Shown here: positions 17,368-26,072 of the stretch, one piece after another
Numbering within the stretch: position 1 is the first letter of the stretch
Layout of the letters: each line of letters begins with the position of its first letter
NCBI GenBank assembly: GCA_034722055.1
Contig: JAYENL010000262.1
Location: 32,683-63,088, forward strand
Length of the DNA stretch: 30,406 nucleotides
DNA from: Armatimonadota bacterium
GTDB taxonomy: Bacteria > Armatimonadota > Zipacnadia > Zipacnadales > UBA5352
Reading direction: 5' to 3'
The notes under the pieces: model-generated
What the model was told of the DNA's origin: nothing
Databases searched by the model: none
Seen by the model: the letters and a program-made list of their open reading frames with translations, nothing else
Position numbers and translations under genes: made by a program

Positions 17368-18607
17368 GCTGGCGATCAACGGGGGCGAGCCGGTCCGCAC
17401 CAGGCCCTTCCCGCCCTACCCGCAGTTCGGCGAGGAGGAGGCCCGGGCAGCGGCGGAGACCGTCCGCCGGGGCATCCTGTGCTCGCAGATGTACGAGGAC
17501 CCGGAGGACTCGCAGGTCCGGGGCTTCGAGCGCGAGTTCGCCGAGCATGCCGGGACCCGGTTCGCCATGGCCACCAGCAGCGGCACAACGGCCCTGCACA
17601 CGGCGCTGGCGGCGGCGGGCATCGGCGTCGGCGACGAGGTCATCGTGCCGCCCTACACCTTCCTGGCCACGGCCACGAGCGTGCTCATGGCCAACGCCGT
17701 CCCGGTCTTCGCCGACATCGAGCCGCGGACGCTGGGCCTGGATCCAGCGTCGGTCCGGGAGCGCATCACGCCGCGCACCAGGGCCGTCATCGTGGTGCAC
17801 ATGAACGGCTACCCGGCGGACATGGATGCCCTGGTGGCGCTGGCCCGAGAGCGCGACCTGGTGCTGATCGAGGACTGCGCTCACGCGCATGGCGCCCGGC
17901 ACCGTGGCCGAAGGGTCGGCTCCATCGGCCGCCTCGGCGCCTTCAGCTTCCAGCAGAAGAAGAACCTGTCGCTGGGCGAGGGCGGCATGGTGACCACAGA
18001 CGACCAGGGGATGGCCGAGGTGGCGGCGCGGCTGCGCAGCTTCGGCGGCCGCCCGCTGGGCTTCAACTACCGCATGCCGGAGCTGCAGGCTGCGGTGGGT
18101 CGGGTGAGGCTGCGCCGGCTCGATGCCGGCAACGAGCAGCGGCGCGCCAACGCTGCCTCCCTCGACCGGCGCCTGCATGAGCTTCCCGGCATCGAGCCCC
18201 TGCGGCCTCGCGAGCATACCGAGGCGGTCTACTACAATTACGTGGCGCTGTGCGAAGAGGAGGCGCTGGGCGTGAGCCGCGACTGCCTGCTGCAGGCCCT
18301 GCAGGCCGAGGGCATCCCCGCCCGGTCCTCCTACGCGCCCCTGCGGCGCCATGAGACCTTCCGCACCCGCGACGGCTACGGGCGCGGCTGCCCCTTCGCC
18401 TGCCCCTTCTACCTGGAGGCCGGCGGCGAGGTGCCCGGGTACGACGAACGCGACACGCCGATGGCCGTGGCCCTGTGCGACCGCCGCATCGTGGATATCA
18501 AGATCCACCCTCCCTGCGACCTCGACGACATGGCCGAGATAGCCGACGCCCTCGAGAAGGTCATCACGCACCTCGACCAGTTGCGCACGAGCGCCGATGA
18601 CGCGTAG
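17360..18607 (+). CDS. DegT/DnrJ/EryC1/StrS family PLP-dependent sugar aminotransferase
   Basis: Start ATG 17360 (SD GGAGG). Motifs LAINGGEPVR, SSGTTAL, GDEVIVPPYTFLAT, IEDCAHAHG and FSFQQKKNLSLGEGG (PLP lysine). Confidence 0.95.
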   Translation: MSRLAINGGEPVRTRPFPPYPQFGEEEARAAAETVRRGILCSQMYEDPEDSQVRGFEREFAEHAGTRFAMATSSGTTALHTALAAAGIGVGDEVIVPPYTFLATATSVLMANAVPVFADIEPRTLGLDPASVRERITPRTRAVIVVHMNGYPADMDALVALARERDLVLIEDCAHAHGARHRGRRVGSIGRLGAFSFQQKKNLSLGEGGMVTTDDQGMAEVAARLRSFGGRPLGFNYRMPELQAAVGRVRLRRLDAGNEQRRANAASLDRRLHELPGIEPLRPREHTEAVYYNYVALCEEEALGVSRDCLLQALQAEGIPARSSYAPLRRHETFRTRDGYGRGCPFACPFYLEAGGEVPGYDERDTPMAVALCDRRIVDIKIHPPCDLDDMAEIADALEKVITHLDQLRTSADDA

Positions 18608-18687
18608 CGCCAGGCACGTCGCTGGCGTAGTCGGCCGCCGAGGCCCCTCCAGATTCATGAAGGCGAGCTTCTCCGCGGTTGTCGTCG

Positions 18688-18812
18688 GCCGTTGTCGTCC
18701 GGAGCGGCGGCGTCTTCAGACCCGCCGGCCCCGGCCGTGCCGTACAGAGGTCGGGCGTGCCTACGCCCGACGCGGGCCGCCAGCCCCGCAGTCGTAGCCG
18801 TCGGAGGGGCCG
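18688..18812 (+). repeat. Second array of GGAG-tagged hairpins (REP-like family 2)
   Basis: GCCGTTGTCGTCCGGAG plus stem 18705-18727; CGTACAGAG plus perfect stem GTCGGGCGT/ACGCCCGAC at 18750-18771; degenerate CGTCGGAGGGGCC near 18799-18811. Confidence 0.65.
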
Positions 18813-19135
18813 CACGACGACGGATGCGAAGCAGCCGGAGGAGGCCGGCCCAACACGGTCCCTCGCGGGGGCAGGCCGAGACCCAGGGCATGAAGGTCGC
18901 GCTCGGACGACAATCGCTCTCCAGGCACGGCTGTGGCTATGGGGAGACGCGGGCAGGCGTCTCCGGGCGCGCTCCCCCGCGCGCCGTTTGCCTGAGGTGG
19001 CCCAAGGCGTCGAGTGGCGCTCCGCGCCACAAGTCGGCGAGGGCGCCGGCTTCCCAGCATGAGGTACTCATTCTTGCCGGGGCGCGGCCGGGGCTGTGGC
19101 CGCGGGGACAGACGCACAAGCGTGTGGGAGGTGAT

Positions 19136-19158
19136 GGCGGGCTGGAAGCCTGCCCCAC
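19136..19158 (-). repeat. Single GTGG-tagged REP (family 1)
   Basis: GGCGGGCT-GGA-AGCCTGCC+CCAC, the same core as 1645-1669. Confidence 0.8.
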
Positions 19159-19230
19159 GAGCTTCCGGGGCCCGGGGCGCCCTGTCCCGCGCGTTCTGCC
19201 CAGGAGTTCGCACGCACTGGATTCCGCAGT

Positions 19231-19260
19231 TTGACCGTGGCGCGCGCAAGCTGGTATCAT
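19231..19260 (+). promoter_or_regulatory. Putative sigma70 promoter of the Gfo/Idh/MocA gene
   Basis: TTGACC (19231-19236), 18-nt spacer, TGn-extended TATCAT (19255-19260). Confidence 0.6.
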
Positions 19261-19367
19261 TTCAGGCTGCGACGAGGCCGATGATACGGGTCCCCGCCAC
19301 GCGCGACCGATGGCGAGTGCCGGAGGTCGCTGAGGGGTTTCATGCGCGAACAGGGAGGGTGAGCCGG

Positions 19368-20408
19368 ATGAGCGAGGAGACTTACGGATTCGGATTGGTC
19401 GGCTGCGGCGTGATTGCGCCCACCCACGCGGAGGCCATCAGGCGGCTCGACAACGCCGAGCTGCGCGCGGTCTGCGACCTCGACGAGGAGGCGGCGAACG
19501 CCTGCGCCGCGGACTTCGACGCCCGGCCCTACACCGACCTCGACGAGATGCTGGCGCGCGACGACATCAACGTGGTCAACGTCCTGACCCCCAGCGGCCT
19601 GCACGCCAAGCTGGGCATCCAGTGCGCCGACGCCGGCAAGCACGTCATCTGCACCAAGCCCATCGACATCACCCTCGAGAACATCGATGCGCTCATCGAA
19701 GCCGGAGAGCGCAATGGCGTCAAGATCGCCGCCACGCACCAGCTCCGCTCCTACCCCCTCTACGAGAAGATCAAGCGCTACATCGACGAGGGCCGGCTGG
19801 GTGAGATGCTCTACGGGAACGCCTTCGTCCCCTGGTTCCGCAGCGACGACTACTACACCGATAGCTGGCACGGCACCAAGGCCCTCGACGGCGGCGGGGC
19901 GCTGATCAACCAGTCCATCCACTACATCGACCTGCTCATCTGGCTGCTGGGCCGCGTGGAGCGCATCTTCGGCTTTGCCGACGCCCTGGCGCACGACATG
20001 ATCGAGGTCGAGGACATGGCCTCAGCGGTGCTCGAATTCGAGTCCGGCGCGCAGGGCGTCATCCAGGGCAGCACCTGCACCTACAAGGGCATGCCAGCGC
20101 GCATCGAGGTTCACGGCACGGGGGGCAACGTCATGGCTACCGGGGATGAGCTCGTGCTGTGGGACGTGGAGGGTGACAACTACTTCTCGGACTGGGGCGC
20201 GGGCAACACCGGCGGTGCCGCCGATCCCAAGGCCGGCATGCCTGAGGCGGCCGTGGTGGCCCACGTCAAGCAGATCGGCGATGTTCTGAACGCCATCGAG
20301 GAGGGCCGCGAGCCGATCCTCAGCGCCCGGGAGGCGCGCCGCCCGGTGGAGGTCATCCTGGCCATCTACCAGGCCTCCGAGAGCGGCCAGGTCGTCGAAC
20401 TGGGCTGA
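19368..20408 (+). CDS. Gfo/Idh/MocA family NAD(P)-dependent oxidoreductase
   Basis: ATG 19368 after GGGAGG. Motifs GLVGCGVIA, TPSGLH, GKHVICTKP (EKP variant), GGGALINQSIHYIDL and EVED. Confidence 0.95.
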   Translation: MSEETYGFGLVGCGVIAPTHAEAIRRLDNAELRAVCDLDEEAANACAADFDARPYTDLDEMLARDDINVVNVLTPSGLHAKLGIQCADAGKHVICTKPIDITLENIDALIEAGERNGVKIAATHQLRSYPLYEKIKRYIDEGRLGEMLYGNAFVPWFRSDDYYTDSWHGTKALDGGGALINQSIHYIDLLIWLLGRVERIFGFADALAHDMIEVEDMASAVLEFESGAQGVIQGSTCTYKGMPARIEVHGTGGNVMATGDELVLWDVEGDNYFSDWGAGNTGGAADPKAGMPEAAVVAHVKQIGDVLNAIEEGREPILSAREARRPVEVILAIYQASESGQVVELG

Positions 20409-20516
20409 CGCATCGCCCACCGGAATCGTTCGCTGCGGCACGTGACTGCTGCAGCACGAACCGCCCGTCAGGGGAGCGCGCGACACAGGCAGATACCACC
20501 TCCTCAGCGCGGCTGC

Positions 20517-21620
20517 TTACTCCTCCGCGGCCGGCTGTGCATCCTCACCGTAGACGTTGTCGCGGACGACCGTGCGGTCAGAGCCACGGACCGCGGACCC
20601 GGGGGCGTGCTTGACAAACCAGTTGTGGTGCACCTCGCACACGTCCTGGGGCACGCCCCGGATGACCACCGGCGTCTGCGGCGCCCGGAAGGTGTTGTTG
20701 TATATCTGGATGGTCGTCCCCGCGATGTCGGTGCCGTCGTCGCGATCGCGGCCCCCGTGCATATCGAAGCAGTGGCTCAGCGAGGTGCCCAGCTCCACGT
20801 TGTTGCAGGCCACGTAGCTGCAGCCGGGCCGGCCGGTGCCGGCGATGGAGTGGCGGTTCCAGTCAAACAGGTTCTGCTCGATCAGCGATGACGCGGTATT
20901 GTGGCTGACTCCGTAGCCCAGTCCGTTGTACTGGCAGTGGTGGATGTAGTTGTGATGCACATGGTGCCCTTCGCCTGTGCGCAGGTGGATGCCGGCGTGT
21001 CCGAAGCCGGAGATCTCGCAGTTGTCCACCTCCAGGTTGTCATGCTCAGTGGAGATCCCGTTCTGGGTCGGAAACTTGTAGTAGTAGCTGTGCCCGCCAT
21101 AGCCCTCTCTGAAGGCCCGCCGGTGGTGGTCGAGATAGCGCTTGGGGTTGGGCCCGCGGATGCGCAGGCCGGTGACCCGCACGTTCGGGCCCAGCGCCAC
21201 GATCATCCGCCGGGTGTTGAGCACATCGCTGGTGAGAATCGCGCCAAGTGAGCCACCGTTGCCGCGCTCCCCCGCCAGCGTCACGCCCTCCGGGATCTCC
21301 AGCACGAACTCCTCGATGTAGATGAAGGTGGTGAGGTCGATCTCAGTCTCGCCGGGGATGAACACGACCTCACCGGGCTGCGCCTGTGCCAGGGCGTCGA
21401 TCAGCTCCTCGAGCGTCGTCGCCGAGTAGTCGCCCTCGGTCACGATGCTTGCATAGCCCTCGCCACCGCCGATCGGCCCCCGCTCATCCGGCTGCGCGCC
21501 GTAGATCTCGCCGCCGCGCTCGACCCACGTCCCATCCTGCGCCCGCGCCGGCAAGGCCAGCGCGGCCACGACCACCGCAATGAGACCAACAGATGCCACG
21601 CGTGCACTGCCGCGAGTCAT
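20517..21620 (-). CDS. Secreted right-handed parallel beta-helix protein (pectin lyase-like fold)
   Basis: SD AGGAGG, ATG 21620, signal peptide ending ARA. Repeats VTGLRIRG, LEVDNCEISG, VHHNYIHH, IEQNLFD and IYNNTF. Confidence 0.85.
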   Translation of the reverse strand: MTRGSARVASVGLIAVVVAALALPARAQDGTWVERGGEIYGAQPDERGPIGGGEGYASIVTEGDYSATTLEELIDALAQAQPGEVVFIPGETEIDLTTFIYIEEFVLEIPEGVTLAGERGNGGSLGAILTSDVLNTRRMIVALGPNVRVTGLRIRGPNPKRYLDHHRRAFREGYGGHSYYYKFPTQNGISTEHDNLEVDNCEISGFGHAGIHLRTGEGHHVHHNYIHHCQYNGLGYGVSHNTASSLIEQNLFDWNRHSIAGTGRPGCSYVACNNVELGTSLSHCFDMHGGRDRDDGTDIAGTTIQIYNNTFRAPQTPVVIRGVPQDVCEVHHNWFVKHAPGSAVRGSDRTVVRDNVYGEDAQPAAEE

Positions 21621-21794
21621 GATCCGCCTCCTGAGCACTCCTCTGCTGCTGATAGCAGCCGGGGTTTCCCGCCGCGGCGCTGAGGCACCTGCCCCGCACG
21701 CGAAGGAGCCGCTGGCCGCATGGGGCAACGGCCCCAATGAGTGGCAACCCGACGCTGAGGTAGGCCGCCGGTGCCTCTACTTGGCCTCGGCGCC

Positions 21795-22124
21795 TCATCC
21801 GTCGCGTAAACGCGCCTCTTCTGCGGAGCCCTCTGACCGGGACGGTTCTCCCCGCGGCGTAAGTGACATCGCCACCTCGAGGCCTACAGCGTTTGCGAAC
21901 CGCACAATCTGCTTCAGGGTTGTATTCTGTGGGGTGTTGAGGAAGTTAGTGATATACTGGCGCGACACTCCGAGACGGTCGGCCAGCTCCGTCCGCGTGA
22001 TCCCCTGCTGGTCCATAGCCCGGCAGATGTCCTCAGTCAGTTCACACAGAAGACCGTGAGCGATGTAGCCGGGGTCATCGCTCAGCTCCCTCTCCCACTC
22101 CGCAAATAGCCGCTGTTCGTCCAT
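21795..22124 (-). CDS. XRE/HTH antitoxin (HigA-like)
   Basis: GITRTELADRLGVSRQYITNFLNTPQNTTLKQIVRFANAVG is an HTH_3 pattern. It lies directly downstream of a RelE-like toxin. Confidence 0.85.
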   Translation of the reverse strand: MDEQRLFAEWERELSDDPGYIAHGLLCELTEDICRAMDQQGITRTELADRLGVSRQYITNFLNTPQNTTLKQIVRFANAVGLEVAMSLTPRGEPSRSEGSAEEARLRDG

Positions 22125-22150
22125 GGTGTCACCCCATGAGGCCATCGGCC

Positions 22151-22537
22151 TCAGCTTGTTCCGGCGACGTCGTAGTACTCCCCCTGCAGCCGCTCCGCCC
22201 TCGCGATCTCCTGAGCAGGTGTCGTATCGGTGCGCTTGTCGAAGGCGTGCGTCATGACAATGACGCCCCGCCGCGTCCTGTCATAGAACCAGATGACCCG
22301 CGTAGGATGCTCCTTGAGCTCAAAGAGATTCGTGCCCATTAGAGACCGGCTCTTCTCGACGCTATGGACGTAAGGACCACGTTCCGCCATCCGAACGATG
22401 CGCCCCACAAGCTTGGCACGCTGGCCTTCAGACGCCGAGTTCAGGTACTCCATCACCAGTGAGCAGTCGGCGCCGGGACGCTGCAGAGTGTAGATGTCGA
22501 ATCTCGTTCCCCGCTTTAAGAGGACTGCTTGAACCAT
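22151..22537 (-). CDS. RelE/ParE-superfamily toxin (HigB/Gp49-like)
   Basis: LFELKEHPTRVIWFY...IVMTHAFDKRTDTTPAQEIARAERL is the Gp49/HigB signature. Toxin-first gene order and lower GC. Confidence 0.85.
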   Translation of the reverse strand: MVQAVLLKRGTRFDIYTLQRPGADCSLVMEYLNSASEGQRAKLVGRIVRMAERGPYVHSVEKSRSLMGTNLFELKEHPTRVIWFYDRTRRGVIVMTHAFDKRTDTTPAQEIARAERLQGEYYDVAGTS

Positions 22538-22568
22538 GCTCTTGCCCCACACCCACCTTGGCGAATGG

Positions 22569-22597
22569 ATGTTAACATATATGTTTACAGAAGTCAA
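22569..22597 (-). promoter_or_regulatory. sigma70 promoter with an overlapping palindromic operator for the HigBA-like pair
   Basis: Minus strand: TTGACT (22597-22592), 17 nt, TGn-TAACAT (22574-22569). The 20-bp palindrome TGTTAACATATATGTTTACA (22570-22589, one mismatched pair) covers the spacer and most of the -10. Confidence 0.85.
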
Positions 22598-22618
22598 GGA
22601 TATGATCCAGGCACGTCC

Positions 22619-23461
22619 TTAGAGCTCCCGCAGGAAGTCCACCGCCTGCCTGATGTCGCGGACGGGGTCGTCGCCCACCTCCCGCTCGATGGCGTAGAAG
22701 CCCTCGTAGCCGGCCTCATCGTCGAGCAGGGACACCCACCGCTCGAAGTCGATCCAGCCGGTCCCCAGCGGCACCTCCAGGTACTGCCCATCCTCCTGCA
22801 CGATGGCGTCCTTGGCGTGGCAGTGGACCACGTACTGGCCCAGCGTCCTCGCGCCCTCCACCGGCTCGTACTGCGCCAGCGCCCACTCTCTCTCGTACTC
22901 CTCGCCGCTGCGCTGGGCCGGCAGCGACGGCCAGATGACCAGGTTCGCGGGGTCGTAGTTGACGCGGATGGCCTCGCTGCCCACGGTCTCGATGAGCCGC
23001 CGGACGATCCGCGGCGGCTCGGGGCCCATCTCGATGGCCACGCAGGCCCCGACGCTCTCCCCGTGCTCGCCGAGGGAGTCCATGGCGCGGACCATGTTCT
23101 GCCAGCCCGGATCGGAGGTCTCCCAGGGCATGACGCCCACGTGCGCGCCCCAGATGCCGCACTCCAGGTCGGCGGCCAGCTCCAGCAGCCGCTTGCCCTC
23201 CTCCACGTTCTCCTCCCAGTCCTCCTCCTCGCACAGGTCCACGCCGCCGCCCCAGCGCATGATCGCCGAGATGGTCAGCCCCAGGGACTGCACGTGCCTG
23301 ACGAGGTCCGTGCGCTGCCGCCCGGTAAGGTTCTCGGGGGCGAAGGGCCCCGAGGCGGTGAGGTGCACTCCGCCGATGCCCCACTGCGCCACCAGCTCCA
23401 TGGCCTCGTAGCGATCCATCCCCAGGTTGTTGATCTTGGCTGCAATACGCGAATCATCCAT
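22619..23461 (-). CDS. Sugar phosphate isomerase/epimerase (xylose isomerase-like TIM barrel, AP_endonuc_2)
   Basis: Metal motifs AIEMG, VNYDPANL, HCHAKD, EVPLGTGWIDF and GYEGFYAIERE. Confidence 0.9.
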   Translation of the reverse strand: MDDSRIAAKINNLGMDRYEAMELVAQWGIGGVHLTASGPFAPENLTGRQRTDLVRHVQSLGLTISAIMRWGGGVDLCEEEDWEENVEEGKRLLELAADLECGIWGAHVGVMPWETSDPGWQNMVRAMDSLGEHGESVGACVAIEMGPEPPRIVRRLIETVGSEAIRVNYDPANLVIWPSLPAQRSGEEYEREWALAQYEPVEGARTLGQYVVHCHAKDAIVQEDGQYLEVPLGTGWIDFERWVSLLDDEAGYEGFYAIEREVGDDPVRDIRQAVDFLREL

Positions 23462-23496
23462 GGCTTGGTCCTCCGATCTGGTCTGCGACGAGCCGC

Positions 23497-25701
23497 TCAG
23501 ACGTTTCGGCTCGCCATGGTCATCTCCTCGAGGGAGCGGGATTCGAGCCTGCCGCTGACCAGCAGCATGGTGCGGGGCGTGCGCTGGGCGACGTCCTCGG
23601 CCAGGGAGCCGAAGAAGGCTCGGCGCAGCCCGCGTCGCCCGCTGCTGGCCATGACGATGATGTCGTGATAGCGCGCGGCCTCCAGGACCTCGTGCACCCG
23701 GGACTCGGCCGCCACCGCTCGGCAGCTACAGTCACCGGGCATGGCGTCACACCCCGGCCACTGCATGATCTCCCCCTCCGCCTCCCGCAGCTCCGGGGGG
23801 CGGCACTCGGCGGACATCAAGCGCAGGAAGGTGATATCGTGCTCCTCCACCGCCCCCAGCGCCGCGACTATGGACCGCACGGTGAGGTAGTCCTCCGGGC
23901 AGCTCACCGGCACCAGGATGCGCTCGGTGTGCAGCGGGCCCACGAACTTGACGACCACCACGGGGCAGAGGGCGTCGCGGGCGAGGTTGTCCACGATGCG
24001 GCCGAAGCGGGCTGGCCGGCTGGCAAGCGGGTGCCCCAGCACGATGGCCTGTGCGTCGGACTCCTCCGCCGCCCGCAGTATCCCTATAGCGACCTCGTCG
24101 GCGAACTCCACCTCGGTGTCGAGGTGGTAGCCCAGACTCCTGGCCTCCTCGTCGGCGATCCTGAACAGACCTACCGCCTCCTGGTCGGCAACAGTGCCCC
24201 AGAAGTCCTCCTGATACTCGCTGGTGGCCACATGCACGGTGGTGGGGTCTGCCTCGTAGTGGTGCGCCAGCAGCACTCCGATGCGGGTGAGGCCCGCCGC
24301 GGTACTGGGGTGGCTGACCCCTATGAGGACGGACCCGCCCGTCACCGCCGGTGGCTGCAGGCGCGGCCACGTCCATGGGACCACATCGATGCCGTCCAGC
24401 TCGCCGGCCGGCACGGTGGGCTCAGCGCCGGCCTCCTCGAGCTCGATGTCCCCCACCTCGCCCGCCCTCATCAGCATCAGGCGCACCAGCGGAGGCCCCA
24501 CCAGCTCATTGATCACCACGCTGGCCACAACCAGGTTGATGACCAGCGTGCGGATGGGCTCCAGCGTCGGGTCCTGCCGCACCAGATACGCCAGGCCGAT
24601 GGCCAGGCCCGCCTGGGGCAGCAGCCCCAGGCCGATGGAGCTGGCCCGCTGGGGCTCGAGGGGGACCGCACGCGCGCCCAGCCAGGCGCCGAAGTACTTG
24701 CCAGCCGCCCGTGCCAGCACGAAGACCAGGCCCAACAGACCGGCGGCTACCAGCTCCCGGAAGTGAAGCTGTGCTCCGGCCAGGGTAAAGAAGATGCCGT
24801 AGATGGGTGGCTCGAAGTCGTTCAGCGCCCGGAAGGCCCGCACGTCACGCCGGTCGCGGTTCACCACCGCGAAGCCGGCCGCCATGCCCGCCAGCAGTGG
24901 TGACAGGCCCACGAACTGCGCCAGCCCGCCCACGAACAAGACCGCCGCCAGCGCCACCACCAGTACGTCGGCGCGCTGATGCAGGCGATGTACGATGAAG
25001 TCGCAAGCCAGCCCCACCCCGATGCCCAACACCAGTGAGCCGATGGTGACGATGAAGGGCTGAAGGGCCTGGTTGAGCGTCGAGCCGCCGCCCGTCCCCA
25101 GCAGCACCTGGGCCGCGGCCACCGCGATGCCGAACAGCGTCACGCTCAGCGCGTTGTTGACCACCACGTTCGACAGCACCAGCCGGGAGACGGGTCCGCT
25201 GGCCTCCAGCTCGCGGATGACCGCGACCGTGGCGGCCGGGGCCGTCGCCACGGCGATGGAGGCGCACACCAGCCCCACCGCCACCGCGTAGGAGATCGCG
25301 GGGCCCTCTTCGCCCGCACCGGTCAGCCACGCCACCACGCCCACGGCCAGCCCCACCAGCACGAAGGTGCCCGCGCTCTCGCCGATGCTCACGCGCACCA
25401 CCGCGCGAGCGGAGGTGCGGAGCTGCTGCAGATCGAAGCGCTCCCCGATTCCGAAGGCCACCAGCATCAGCGCGATGTTGGTGAAGACCTGCAGCCGGTT
25501 CTCCAGCACCTCGCCCGTCATGAGGTCCAGGCCGCTGGGCCCGAGCGCGATGCCCGCCACGATGTAGCCCGTGACCGAGGGCAGGTAAAGGGCCTTCGCC
25601 AGGCGTGCGAGGGCGAATCCGGCGGTGAGAAGAAGGCTCAACGCGAAGACCAGGTTCGTGTCGATGGCTGACTCCCATCCCCTGTTGAGCTGGCGCGCCA
25701 T
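23497..25701 (-). CDS. Cation:proton antiporter (CPA2-like) fused to C-terminal universal-stress-protein domains
   Basis: SD GGGAG, ATG 25701. About 12 TM helices with LPSVTGYIVAGIALGP, ATAPAAT, FFTLAGA and LLPQAGLAIGLA. The C-terminus has RILVPV, DIIVMASSG and FFGSLAEDV USP-like motifs. Confidence 0.88.
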   Translation of the reverse strand: MARQLNRGWESAIDTNLVFALSLLLTAGFALARLAKALYLPSVTGYIVAGIALGPSGLDLMTGEVLENRLQVFTNIALMLVAFGIGERFDLQQLRTSARAVVRVSIGESAGTFVLVGLAVGVVAWLTGAGEEGPAISYAVAVGLVCASIAVATAPAATVAVIRELEASGPVSRLVLSNVVVNNALSVTLFGIAVAAAQVLLGTGGGSTLNQALQPFIVTIGSLVLGIGVGLACDFIVHRLHQRADVLVVALAAVLFVGGLAQFVGLSPLLAGMAAGFAVVNRDRRDVRAFRALNDFEPPIYGIFFTLAGAQLHFRELVAAGLLGLVFVLARAAGKYFGAWLGARAVPLEPQRASSIGLGLLPQAGLAIGLAYLVRQDPTLEPIRTLVINLVVASVVINELVGPPLVRLMLMRAGEVGDIELEEAGAEPTVPAGELDGIDVVPWTWPRLQPPAVTGGSVLIGVSHPSTAAGLTRIGVLLAHHYEADPTTVHVATSEYQEDFWGTVADQEAVGLFRIADEEARSLGYHLDTEVEFADEVAIGILRAAEESDAQAIVLGHPLASRPARFGRIVDNLARDALCPVVVVKFVGPLHTERILVPVSCPEDYLTVRSIVAALGAVEEHDITFLRLMSAECRPPELREAEGEIMQWPGCDAMPGDCSCRAVAAESRVHEVLEAARYHDIIVMASSGRRGLRRAFFGSLAEDVAQRTPRTMLLVSGRLESRSLEEMTMASRNV

Positions 25702-25759
25702 CCGACTCCCGCGCCTCTCGAGCGGGAGCGGCCACATTGAACACTGGACGGCCCAGGAA

Positions 25760-26051
25760 GTCAAGGACGCATCCGTCAAGGACCCCGCCGGGCCCCGGCA
25801 AACACATTTGTGTCATATTGAACACACATTTATCTTGCGCCCCCGGGTTGAGGGGGCTCCCCACCAGGTTCTGGTGGATTCCGCTGACGAACAGGCGTTC
25901 CGCGAGCCCTTTTCCACAATCAGGCCCGCCGCACCGGGGTTCTCCACCCGGTTTTCCACAATCCAGCCAGGATGTTCCCGACCCCTGAGTTGCTGCCGCT
26001 CAGGGGCTCCGGGGCGGCAAGATTATGATCCGGTTACGGAATGGTGGAAAA
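25760..26051. promoter_or_regulatory. DnaA-box-like cluster with an AT-rich patch (candidate oriC or DnaA-binding locus)
   Basis: TTTTCCACA at 25910-25918 and 25952-25960, TTCTCCACC at 25940-25948, reverse TTTTCCACC at 26043-26051. AT-rich 25800-25836 (27/37 A+T). Confidence 0.5.
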
Positions 26052-26072
26052 CCGCCCGCCGTCAGAGCACGC

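Noticed and set aside
211..18658. Long antisense or alternate-frame ORFs (211-1752, 3833-5626, 8029-9822, 12483-14315, 14294-16681, 17342-18658 and similar)
   Set aside because: These are shadow ORFs expected opposite high-GC3 genes. They lack family motifs and overlap well-supported CDS.
20428..20461. Intrinsic terminator between convergent genes
   Set aside because: The stem is imperfect with no U-tract on either strand, so support is insufficient.
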